Origin: a virus | DNA length: 64,000 nucleotides | Virus record (IMG/VR): IMGVR_UViG_3300017987_000005 | Span: 119,649 to 183,648 of that record | Direction: 5' to 3' (one strand) | Shown: piece after piece, positions 56,540 through 63,367 of the stretch | Position numbering within the stretch: position 1 is the first letter of the stretch | Layout of the letters: each line of letters begins with the position of its first letter | Program-made: the position numbers and the translations under genes | The notes under the pieces: generated by a model | Database searches by the model: none | What the model saw: the letters and a program-made list of their open reading frames with translations, nothing else | Told to the model about the DNA's origin: nothing

Positions 56540-57372
56540 TCGTCTCTTTTCCGGTTTTTCAGATAACCCTCAATCACAAAATAAAGTCTCGAGATTGTCC
56601 CGTCAGTAAAATAGTTCATAGAGTTCACGCTCGTCTTAACAGTTCTCCAGAACACGACGGGCATCCCGTAAATATCGTATACTTCAGCATCCTCCCACAG
56701 CTTGTCAGTCATTCTGAATGCTCTGCTTATAGTCGTATACGTACGCTCGAACGCGGCAACGTCCGGCGCGAGGTCTTTCTCTCTCGTGTCAGTACTAACA
56801 CGGCGTACTTGTACGTAAGGTATTTTTCCCGGAAGTTCTGATATCCTGTGAAGCGTATCAAAGAATTCATGCTCATTGCATCGATTAAGTACAATAGATA
56901 TCCGGGCTTCTTCGGTCTGACGCATTATCTCATCCCAGTCAGGGATGTCGCGTCTTCCGAGAATCATCTGGTTAGTAATTGGATTGAATGAATGTATGGA
57001 GTACCCGATTTCATCTTTACAAAGTTTAATAGACTCCATCGCGTCAAGCGCTTTGTATCCGTTTGTCCGAATCCCGCACGTGAACCCACGTTCCTGAATA
57101 TGTTCTATCAGCCACGGTAAGTGCGGGTACAAAAGCGGGTCGGTATTCTGTCCGGTCAGGTATATCTTTTTTATTCCCTCGTGCTCAGCAATAGTAAGAA
57201 ACTCGTCAAAATTCTTCCAGTCATTGAAGTGTACTTTCAATTGGTTTTGCTTACACAATATATCCTCAATATCTTTCCCGAGACAGAAAAAACAATCAAC
57301 GTTGCATTTTCCAAGCAGGTTGATATTCGCAAACGTATAAGCATCCCGCTCCCTGTTCTTATCATTGCTCAT
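56536..57372 (-). CDS. radical SAM protein
   Basis: CNVDCFFC, LTG..DPL, TNG. Confidence 0.85.
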   Translation of the reverse strand: MSNDKNRERDAYTFANINLLGKCNVDCFFCLGKDIEDILCKQNQLKVHFNDWKNFDEFLTIAEHEGIKKIYLTGQNTDPLLYPHLPWLIEHIQERGFTCGIRTNGYKALDAMESIKLCKDEIGYSIHSFNPITNQMILGRRDIPDWDEIMRQTEEARISIVLNRCNEHEFFDTLHRISELPGKIPYVQVRRVSTDTREKDLAPDVAAFERTYTTISRAFRMTDKLWEDAEVYDIYGMPVVFWRTVKTSVNSMNYFTDGTISRLYFVIEGYLKNRKRDE

Positions 57373-57383
57373 GTCACTCTCCG

Positions 57384-57698
57384 TTATCGAATAATCCAGA
57401 CTTCAGAATCTTTATTCTCAATATACCAATCATCATACCAATACCATTGATGGTCAAACTCATCATAGTAATAAGCTTCTATAGTGCTATACAAATCGGC
57501 AACTATTGCGCACTCCTCTCCAGGAAGTATATCAATAGTGTATGTCTCTGAATCAAAAACGTAATCTATCGAGATATACAGTCCGGTCAGGTTATAGACT
57601 CTTACGTCCAACTCGGACTCATAATCAGTGTTATCGACATTACATCCAATAATAAATGCAGCGATAACAAGTAACGGCAATACTCGACTCATAATCAC
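57384..57698 (-). CDS. putative lipoprotein
   Basis: Signal peptide ending IIGC. Confidence 0.65.
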   Translation of the reverse strand: MIMSRVLPLLVIAAFIIGCNVDNTDYESELDVRVYNLTGLYISIDYVFDSETYTIDILPGEECAIVADLYSTIEAYYYDEFDHQWYWYDDWYIENKDSEVWIIR

Positions 57699-57718
57699 TC
57701 TCCTAAGTCTACGCTTAT

Positions 57719-57746
57719 ATTATAGCGTATAATTATGATATGTCAA
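57719..57746 (-). promoter_or_regulatory. sigma70-type promoter, 16-bp spacer
   Basis: TTGACA-N16-TATAAT then ATAAGCGTAGAC. Confidence 0.8.
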
Positions 57747-57754
57747 GCAAAATA

Positions 57755-57795
57755 TAAAAAAATTCCCGTCCCCAGGGCTTACCTGAAGACGGGAA
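57755..57795 (-). terminator. intrinsic terminator
   Basis: TTCCCGTC/GACGGGAA stem then T-tract. Confidence 0.65.
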
Positions 57796-58420
57796 CGCCG
57801 TAATCAACCACAATCGGTTGCCGTATTACCTTGTTCTTTGTATTACATAAACTTGCATTTATGAAGGTCGTATCACCATACGGACAGGAAACTCCGTAGG
57901 CGCTATGAATGTGTCCGAAAATATGATACTTCGGTTTTATCCTCCGTACAGTATCGTACAGGTCTGCGCACCCTACTGGAATCCCCCGAGATTGGTCGAG
58001 TATTCCGGCGGGCGGGGTATGGGTAATCAGGACATCAACATCCTCCGGAATCATATCCCACTTATCAGCAAGAGCTTCTCCCCGAGGAAGATTAAATGCC
58101 CAGTCCTCAAACTCCGGCTGCCACGGGCTTCCGTAAAATTTAATTCCGTCTATCGTGATTTGGTCATCTTCAAGATAGTATGCGACTGAATAGTCAAAAA
58201 AGTTCGGGATTTTATCCCAGTATTTCTGGAAGCATTTATCGTGGTTCCCGGCAACAACAATTTTATACGGATGCGGAAGGTATCTGATGAATTCTATAAA
58301 TGCTTTGACTTCCTTTCGTCCCCCGAATGCGCATATATCGCCAGCCACAACAAGGACGTCCCCTTTAGGAACATCAAAATTAAAATTAGCATGAAGGTCT
58401 GATATAATAGTTAAGCGCAT
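57779..58420 (-). CDS. calcineurin-like metallophosphoesterase
   Basis: SDLH, AGD, GNHD, THTPP, FGHIH. Confidence 0.92.
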   Translation of the reverse strand: MRLTIISDLHANFNFDVPKGDVLVVAGDICAFGGRKEVKAFIEFIRYLPHPYKIVVAGNHDKCFQKYWDKIPNFFDYSVAYYLEDDQITIDGIKFYGSPWQPEFEDWAFNLPRGEALADKWDMIPEDVDVLITHTPPAGILDQSRGIPVGCADLYDTVRRIKPKYHIFGHIHSAYGVSCPYGDTTFINASLCNTKNKVIRQPIVVDYGVPVFR

Positions 58421-58506
58421 TTCACTCTCCGTTTAAGTGCCGAGGCGAGCAGCCCAGGGTTCCGCGTGATTAGTGGAAGATGCTGCTCACCTCAGCGTGA
58501 GATTGT

Positions 58507-58534
58507 ATTATACCATATATTTTTAATTTGTCAA
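58507..58534 (-). promoter_or_regulatory. sigma70-type promoter, 16-bp spacer
   Basis: TTGACA-N16-TATAAT with extended TG. Confidence 0.75.
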
Positions 58535-58542
58535 GTAAAAAA

Positions 58543-58617
58543 TGGTATCCCCGGATGGAATCGAACCATCATCTAAAGCTTAGGAGGCTTTCGTAATATC
58601 CATTATACTACGGGAAC
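58543..58617 (-). tRNA. tRNA-Arg(CCT)
   Basis: Cloverleaf, AAAGC-CTCCTAA-GCTTT, CCA. Confidence 0.9.
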
Positions 58618-58618
58618 A

Positions 58619-58693
58619 TGGTACTCCCTGAAGGAATCGAACCCTCATCATCAGCTTAGAAGGCTGTTGCACTTTCCGTTGTGCTAAGGGAGC
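58619..58693 (-). tRNA. tRNA-Arg(TCT)
   Basis: Cloverleaf, CT-TCT-AA, CCA. Confidence 0.9.
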
Positions 58694-58694
58694 A

Positions 58695-58772
58695 TGGTGG
58701 ACGGGGTTGGATTTGAACCAACGACTCCTGCATTTTCAGTGCAGAGCTACTACCTGGCTGAGCTACCCGTCC
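58695..58772 (-). tRNA. tRNA-Phe(GAA)
   Basis: CTGCA-CTGAAAA-TGCAG, CCA. Confidence 0.9.
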
Positions 58773-59227
58773 TCTTCATTTCTATCTTCCTCATGGTCAT
58801 TATCGGTCTGCACAGTGCATCCCAACTTATTAACCTCGTCACACACATCTTTAAGAAATTCTCTCGTACCGTCACTGGCGTATGACTCCCATCCTTTTTC
58901 GTAATCCCTCGGATTAATCCATCCGAATATGCTGAAATCCTGGACGTATTCGAGTCTCTTAAATCCGCGTTCCTCAAACTCATTAATAAATCTTCGGTCG
59001 GTAACAACTTCTGACGAACGCACAGTCGGTTGACGATGCTTGCGCTCACTACTACTATAAAGTCTGTAATGACGCGCGATAGCTTCCTCTTCAAGAAGGC
59101 TATATATTCGAGCGAAGACTTCTACAGAAATCTTATAGAACTCATCATAGCTGAGTCGCTCTTCGTGCGTCACAATTACACAGCTACTATCTTCAGGAGA
59201 ACCGTAACCAAAACGATAACAATACAT
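58763..59227 (-). CDS. hypothetical protein within the tRNA array
   Basis: AGGAG RBS; 154 aa. Confidence 0.6.
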   Translation of the reverse strand: MYCYRFGYGSPEDSSCVIVTHEERLSYDEFYKISVEVFARIYSLLEEEAIARHYRLYSSSERKHRQPTVRSSEVVTDRRFINEFEERGFKRLEYVQDFSIFGWINPRDYEKGWESYASDGTREFLKDVCDEVNKLGCTVQTDNDHEEDRNEEDG

Positions 59228-59244
59228 GCATCTCCTTTTCTATC

Positions 59245-59319
59245 TGGTAGGCGCGGGAAGAGTTGAACTTCCGTTAGAAGTTTATAAGACTTCCGTTCTT
59301 ACCGTTGAACTACGCGCCA
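59245..59319 (-). tRNA. tRNA-Ile(TAT)
   Basis: GAAGT-CTTATAA-ACTTC, CCA; 1:72 mismatch. Confidence 0.88.
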
Positions 59320-59555
59320 GCTAAAGGTATAAGCTTATCCTCAGCGACAAGCAAATAACAACGATTTCCATCATCCATCTTAAAAGTACAAGGCCACGAA
59401 ACTCCCCAATGAGACGCACTCCACGACTCACGTGGTTCGTCTTTAATGGTCAGGTCTTCATAATCACGTTCTACATGCTTGACCTTCTGACCTATTCGGA
59501 AATCCTTTTTGACTCGAAATGTCCCGCATAATTTTCCAACAAACGACTCACCCAT
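59310..59555 (-). CDS. hypothetical protein
   Basis: AGGAG RBS. Confidence 0.55.
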   Translation of the reverse strand: MGESFVGKLCGTFRVKKDFRIGQKVKHVERDYEDLTIKDEPRESWSASHWGVSWPCTFKMDDGNRCYLLVAEDKLIPLAGA

Positions 59556-59574
59556 AACCCGCTCCTTTAATATC

Positions 59575-59652
59575 TGGTGGGCCCACAGGGATTTGAACCC
59601 CGGACACGCGCATTATGAGTGCGACGCTCTAACCAGACTGAGCTATGGGCCC
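59575..59652 (-). tRNA. tRNA-Ile2(CAT)
   Basis: GGGCCCA acceptor typical of Ile2, CT-CAT-AA, CCA. Confidence 0.8.
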
Positions 59653-59664
59653 GTGATAAATAAA

Positions 59665-59743
59665 TGGTCCTGCGAGGAGGATTTGAACCTCCGACCTCCT
59701 CCTTATCAGGGAGGCGCTACTAACCGGGCTGAGCTACCGCAGG
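59665..59743 (-). tRNA. tRNA-Ile(GAT)
   Basis: CCTCC-CTGATAA-GGAGG, CCA. Confidence 0.9.
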
Positions 59744-59746
59744 ATA

Positions 59747-59820
59747 TGGTTGCCCTACAGGGATTTGAACCCCAACTAATTGATTCAGAGTCAATCGTGC
59801 TACCGTTACACTATAGGGCA
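59747..59820 (-). tRNA. tRNA-Gln(CTG)
   Basis: ATTGA-CTCTGAA-TCAAT, CCA. Confidence 0.9.
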
Positions 59821-59899
59821 AAATACAGGGTTGCTGCAAAGCGCAACCCCAACTCCTTCTGCTCTTACATCAAAAATAAATGGCAGATGAGATAATATA

Positions 59900-59975
59900 T
59901 GGTGGGCGCGAGAGGATTCGAACCTCCGACTTCTTGCTTGTAAGGCAAGCGCTCTAGCCGCTGAACTACGCGCCC
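59900..59975 (-). tRNA. tRNA-Val(TAC)
   Basis: CTTGC-CTTACAA-GCAAG, CCA. Confidence 0.92.
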
Positions 59976-59977
59976 AA

Positions 59978-60055
59978 TGGCGAGGGTGACGGGACTCGAA
60001 CCCGCAAACTTCCTGCTCGACAGGCAGGTGCTCTACGCTATTGAACTACACCCCC
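59978..60055 (-). tRNA. tRNA-Asp(GTC)
   Basis: CCTGC-CTGTCGA-GCAGG, GCCA. Confidence 0.92.
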
Positions 60056-60065
60056 GTGTAATAAC

Positions 60066-60276
60066 TGGTGAGCATGACGGGATTCGAACCCGCACCGCAG
60101 CATTTAGGCCCAGCCGCTCATTAAGCTTTCCACTCTTTTCTCCCGTATATCCCTTCATCACTGCTTCCTCACCACAGAGCGAACTCTGGTCCCAGGTGTG
60201 ATAGACAGGTCAGCGAGCACTTACGGGTGCCTCGACAGGTCCACTTAAATCGTTCTACCAATTAAACTACATGCTC
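60066..60276 (-). ncRNA. tRNA-like RNA with ~130-nt structured insert replacing the anticodon loop
   Basis: GAGCATG/CATGCTC-ACCA, D arm, GCGGG-TTCGAAT-CCCGT; ATTTA/TAAAT stem encloses the insert. Confidence 0.8.
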
Positions 60277-60281
60277 AAACA

Positions 60282-60417
60282 TGGTCGCCAGCGGGGAGGT
60301 TCTCACTCCCATAGGCGGCTAACTCCTATTCAATCTCGATTCGAATCACCCGCAGCCGACGCGGTACACTTCGAATCTACAGCAGGGAATCGGTCACCCT
60401 GCTTGGCATCGCTGGCA
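60282..60417 (-). ncRNA. expanded tRNA-like RNA without a canonical anticodon loop
   Basis: GCCAGCG/CGCTGGC-GACCA, AGCAGGG/CCCTGCT, GATTCGAA/TTCGAATC, ATAGG/CCTAT, GGGAG-TGAGAAC-CTCCC. Confidence 0.75.
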
Positions 60418-60434
60418 TATAATTTTCAAAGAAC

Positions 60435-60511
60435 TGGTTACCCCGGAAGGATTTGAACCTTCAACAGCGACATTCAAAGTGTCGTGCTCTAGCCAATTGA
60501 GCTACGGGGTA
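60435..60511 (-). tRNA. tRNA-Gln(TTG)
   Basis: CGACA-CTTTGAA-TGTCG, CCA. Confidence 0.9.
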
Positions 60512-60554
60512 TTATATATTTACGAAAGAACAACTGCAAACGATTGCAAAAAAA

Positions 60555-60629
60555 TGGTGGGCCGAGAAGGGGTCGAACCTTCAACCTTCGGATTAAGAGT
60601 CCGCTGCTCTGCCATTGAGCTACCGGCCC
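60555..60629 (-). tRNA. tRNA-Lys(CTT)
   Basis: CT-CTT-AA loop, CCA. Confidence 0.92.
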
Positions 60630-60630
60630 T

Positions 60631-60656
60631 TGGTGTGCTGAGAGAGATTCGAACTC
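60631..60656 (-). pseudogene. orphan tRNA 3' fragment (T arm + acceptor + CCA)
   Basis: GAG-TTCGAAT-CTC..TCAGCAC-ACCA fused to the HNH stop codon. Confidence 0.7.
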
Positions 60657-61059
60657 AGTCGTCCCAATGAATAATCCTGTGACAGTTAGAGCAAACTACA
60701 TCGCACTTAGCTATCTCAGCGTCAATTCTTTCAAACGACCAACATCTCGCAACAGCTAACGACAATTCCGAATCTTTGTCCCCGGACTCGCGATGATGAA
60801 AATCCAAACATCTTGGGTCACTCATCCCGCACACTACACAAGGATGGCTGCTCTTATAATCAAACAAGTACTTCCTACGAATAGCTCTATTATCGCGATT
60901 AGTCTTAACACGCTTAGCTCTATCCCTACGGTAATACTTCTTAGAGTATTCAGCCATACACTCCTTACATCTCGTCTGGAGTCCGTCGGCCTGCTTACTA
61001 TTTTTAGAGAACAAAGATACGTCTTTACGCTTTCCACACTTTCCGCATAACTTATCCAT
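60655..61059 (-). CDS. HNH endonuclease with N-terminal Zn finger
   Basis: CGKC..CKEC; PCVVCG, LDFHH, EIAKCDVVCSNCHR. Confidence 0.9.
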   Translation of the reverse strand: MDKLCGKCGKRKDVSLFSKNSKQADGLQTRCKECMAEYSKKYYRRDRAKRVKTNRDNRAIRRKYLFDYKSSHPCVVCGMSDPRCLDFHHRESGDKDSELSLAVARCWSFERIDAEIAKCDVVCSNCHRIIHWDD

Positions 61060-61086
61060 AGCGATTCCTTAATTATAGTCATCCCT

Positions 61087-61114
61087 ATAGTAGCACTTTT
61101 AATCACTATGTCAA
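61087..61114 (-). promoter_or_regulatory. promoter for the HNH gene, 16-bp spacer
   Basis: TTGACA-N16-TACTAT with extended TG. Confidence 0.6.
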
Positions 61115-61125
61115 ATTAAAAATAA

Positions 61126-61202
61126 TGGTGGGACCGGTGGAAGTCGAATCCACAACCCCCGGATTAAAAGTCCGGTGCTCTATCCAGTTGAGCTACGGCC
61201 CC
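61126..61202 (-). tRNA. tRNA-Lys(TTT)
   Basis: CCGGA-CTTTTAA-TCCGG, CCA. Confidence 0.92.
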
Positions 61203-61221
61203 GTATCAAGGCTGCAACTCA

Positions 61222-61262
61222 CACTGAAAAGTGCGGTACTCTATCCGTTGAGTTACCAGCCC
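61222..61262 (-). pseudogene. orphan 5' half of a tRNA-Lys(TTT)
   Basis: GGGCTGG-TA-ACTC..GAGT-A-CCGCA-CT-TTT, then the cloverleaf breaks. Confidence 0.7.
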
Positions 61263-61264
61263 GT

Positions 61265-61608
61265 CTACTTACGTTTTCGCTTTCGTTTGTCCACTATATC
61301 TATTCCTTTATAATCTTCTAAATACCACTTAATAACAGTCATAACTACGTTCCGAAATTCCACTCCCCACACATCGCAAATACTCTCATGCAATCGGGTC
61401 AGTATCGTCTTCGGCTTCCATCCATGCTTCAGCGAATCCTCTACTAAATCAATCCAATCTGGCAACCAGTTGCGTTGATGTAGATTATGGAAAATTACGC
61501 CAAAGGCAATCCGTGCCTATCAAAGAGCTTGAAGACTCCCTTCACAACGAGCTTCCCTTCCGGAGTCTTCCCTGAAAAAGAAAGCTTCAACTTCTTCTTA
61601 CGTCCCAT
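61265..61608 (-). pseudogene. frameshifted gene for a protein with an AlaRS-like FKLxDxxGxPL motif
   Basis: MGRKKK...GVFKLFDRHGLPL continues in the -1 frame at ~61500 as GVIFHNL...PDWIDL. Confidence 0.55.
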
Positions 61609-61625
61609 GACGTCTCCTTATATAT

Positions 61626-61702
61626 TGGGGTGAGCGACGGGGGTCGAACCCGTACCTTCAGGGCCACAACCTGACATGCAGAGCCGCTACACTACGCCCA
61701 CC
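61626..61702 (-). tRNA. tRNA-His(GTG)
   Basis: G-1, TCAGG-TTGTGGC-CCTGA, C-CCA. Confidence 0.92.
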
Positions 61703-61712
61703 GTGTAAATCA

Positions 61713-61755
61713 TGGAGCGGGTATGGAGATTCAAACTCCACCTTCTAGCCTGGGA
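61713..61755 (-). pseudogene. displaced 3' half of a tRNA-Gly(CCC)
   Basis: CCC-AG-GCTAG..TGGAG-TTTGAAT-CTCCA-TACCCGC-TCCA; 5' half absent. Confidence 0.8.
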
Positions 61756-61759
61756 TGAA

Positions 61760-62437
61760 TCACATAACCCACTCTTCTTTTTCAAATCCTACAAACTCCT
61801 GAATAGCGCCATATAATTTTTGAATAACTTCCGTACAACAAACTGAAACATTACACAATCCATAAACATTTGATTTTCTTTTATGCTTAGAACTACTCGG
61901 ATATCTATCAACTTGCGGCTTCGTAAAATTATCAATAGATATACCTAAAAGCTCTGACCAATATTGTTCAATGTCACTGACAGTCAGCCCCTTATCAGTA
62001 TAACAAACAACATATGCTCGCATCTTATCACTAGAAACATTAAAGAACTTACGCAAAAACTTAACATAAAATAACATCATATTCTCGTCCATATTTGAAA
62101 ACTTAGCTTGGTTTCGCAACGTCTTACTTCCTTCTGCCCAATATAACATGCACCCTGCTATGAATTCAGGGTCTCGTTCCCGAGCAAGCTCTCTTCCATC
62201 ATTTTGCCACTGCTCTCTAAGCTTACGATAATATTTTTTCCTACGCTGCCCTTCAGCATATGGACCTTTTCTCGAATTATCGTAGATAATTTTCTCCTGC
62301 TCAGCAGTAAGCTGTATATCACGAACCCACACACTAACCGTCCCTTTGCTTACGCCAAGCTTATCAGCAATAACTGATAAAGGAAGTCCATCCTCCTTGC
62401 GCATCCTACGGGCTTCTTTACGCTCTTTAGCTTTCAT
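61760..62437 (-). CDS. HTH + LAGLIDADG-like endonuclease
   Basis: IADKLGVSKGTVSVWV HTH; GCMLYWAEGSK, FSN.D, YW. Confidence 0.75.
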   Translation of the reverse strand: MKAKERKEARRMRKEDGLPLSVIADKLGVSKGTVSVWVRDIQLTAEQEKIIYDNSRKGPYAEGQRRKKYYRKLREQWQNDGRELARERDPEFIAGCMLYWAEGSKTLRNQAKFSNMDENMMLFYVKFLRKFFNVSSDKMRAYVVCYTDKGLTVSDIEQYWSELLGISIDNFTKPQVDRYPSSSKHKRKSNVYGLCNVSVCCTEVIQKLYGAIQEFVGFEKEEWVM

Positions 62438-62522
62438 AATAACTCCTTAAATAGAACTCACGTATATATACATATATATAGTAGACATAAGTTCTAAAAT
62501 GTCAACTAAAAAGCGAAAAAAG

Positions 62523-62596
62523 AGCGAGAGGCGGGCCTCGAACCCGCAACCTTTTGCCTGGGAAGCAAATGCTCTGCCTATTTGAGCTACTCCCGC
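62523..62596 (-). tRNA. tRNA-Gly(CCC)
   Basis: TTTGC-TTCCCAG-GCAAA; no encoded CCA. Confidence 0.9.
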
Positions 62597-62652
62597 ATTA
62601 TATCAAAAGTGTCAATGAAGCTAGCGTGCTAATCGCTGACACTATACCCGCA

Positions 62653-62728
62653 TGGAGTGAGCGACGGGGGTCGAACCCGCGACCATCAGATTGGAAATCT
62701 GAGACTCTACCAACTGAGTTACGCTCAC
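62653..62728 (-). tRNA. tRNA-Gly(TCC)
   Basis: TCAGA-TTTCCAA-TCTGA, TCCA. Confidence 0.9.
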
Positions 62729-62756
62729 ATTCAAATCAATTTTCAAAAGAACAATA

Positions 62757-62832
62757 TGGAGCTGACGGCGGGAATCGAACCCGCGACCTCATCCTTACCA
62801 AGGATGTGCTCTACCGGCTGAGCTACGTCAGC
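62757..62832 (-). tRNA. tRNA-Thr(GGT)
   Basis: CATCC-TTGGTAA-GGATG. Confidence 0.93.
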
Positions 62833-62840
62833 CTATTAAA

Positions 62841-63034
62841 ATCCAGTTCCGTAAGCGGGATTCTGTTCTATCCTATCATTTATCTTTGCCACTACCATTC
62901 CTCATCGGGCTGCTCACCCCCTCGGATAATTCGTGTTGCTCCCTCGGTGGTGCAATCGAGTGCAAACTCTCCCACCTTAAGCAGCGGAGTCCCGACTTTC
63001 CTCAGACTTACGTCCGCGATAGGTCGAACTGGAT
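62841..63034 (-). ncRNA. rnpB: minimal RNase P RNA (~194 nt)
   Basis: P1 ATCCAGTTC/GAACTGGAT; CR-I GAGGAAAGTCGGG; CR-V AACAGAATCCCGCTTA; GGAGCAA and AGATAAATGAT. Confidence 0.88.
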
Positions 63035-63043
63035 ATCTATTTA

Positions 63044-63119
63044 TGGAGCCACGAGTCGGACTCGAACCGACAACCTGTTGATTACAAGTCAACTGCACTT
63101 CCAATTGTGCTACCGTGGC
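63044..63119 (-). tRNA. tRNA-Thr(TGT)
   Basis: GTTGA-CTTGTAA-TCAAC. Confidence 0.92.
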
Positions 63120-63122
63120 ATA

Positions 63123-63200
63123 TGGAGCCGGCGGGGGGACTCGAACCCTCCAACTTCCGCATTACGAGTGCGGCGCTCTGCCAATTAAAGCTACGCCGGC
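63123..63200 (-). tRNA. tRNA-Thr(CGT)
   Basis: CCGCA-CTCGTAA-TGCGG. Confidence 0.9.
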
Positions 63201-63203
63201 TTA

Positions 63204-63279
63204 TCGGGCTGAATGGATTCGAACCATCGGTCTCGTGGCCCCCAGCCACGCGTCTTAAGCCAAGCTAGACTACAGCCCG
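63204..63279 (-). tRNA. tRNA-Pro(GGG)
   Basis: CGTGG-CTGGGGG-CCACG; no encoded CCA. Confidence 0.9.
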
Positions 63280-63287
63280 TTTATTTT

Positions 63288-63364
63288 TGGTCTGGATGAG
63301 AGGATTTGAACCTCCGACTTCGTGCTCCCAAGGCACGCGCCCTACCAAGCTGGGCTACATCCAG
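63288..63364 (-). tRNA. tRNA-Pro(TGG)
   Basis: CGTGC-CTTGGGA-GCACG, CCA. Confidence 0.92.
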
Positions 63365-63367
63365 ATA

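Noticed and set aside
34643-58431. GGAGAGTGA RBS as evidence for a host with an altered anti-SD
   Set aside because: It can pair with the standard anti-SD via a one-base bulge, and GGAGG sites are also used
60282-60417. tRNA-Sec or tRNA-Pyl
   Set aside because: No UCA or CUA in a canonical 7-nt anticodon loop
60655-62437. Group I introns in tRNAs carrying the endonucleases
   Set aside because: No space for a ribozyme core; ORFs abut the tRNA fragments and have their own promoters
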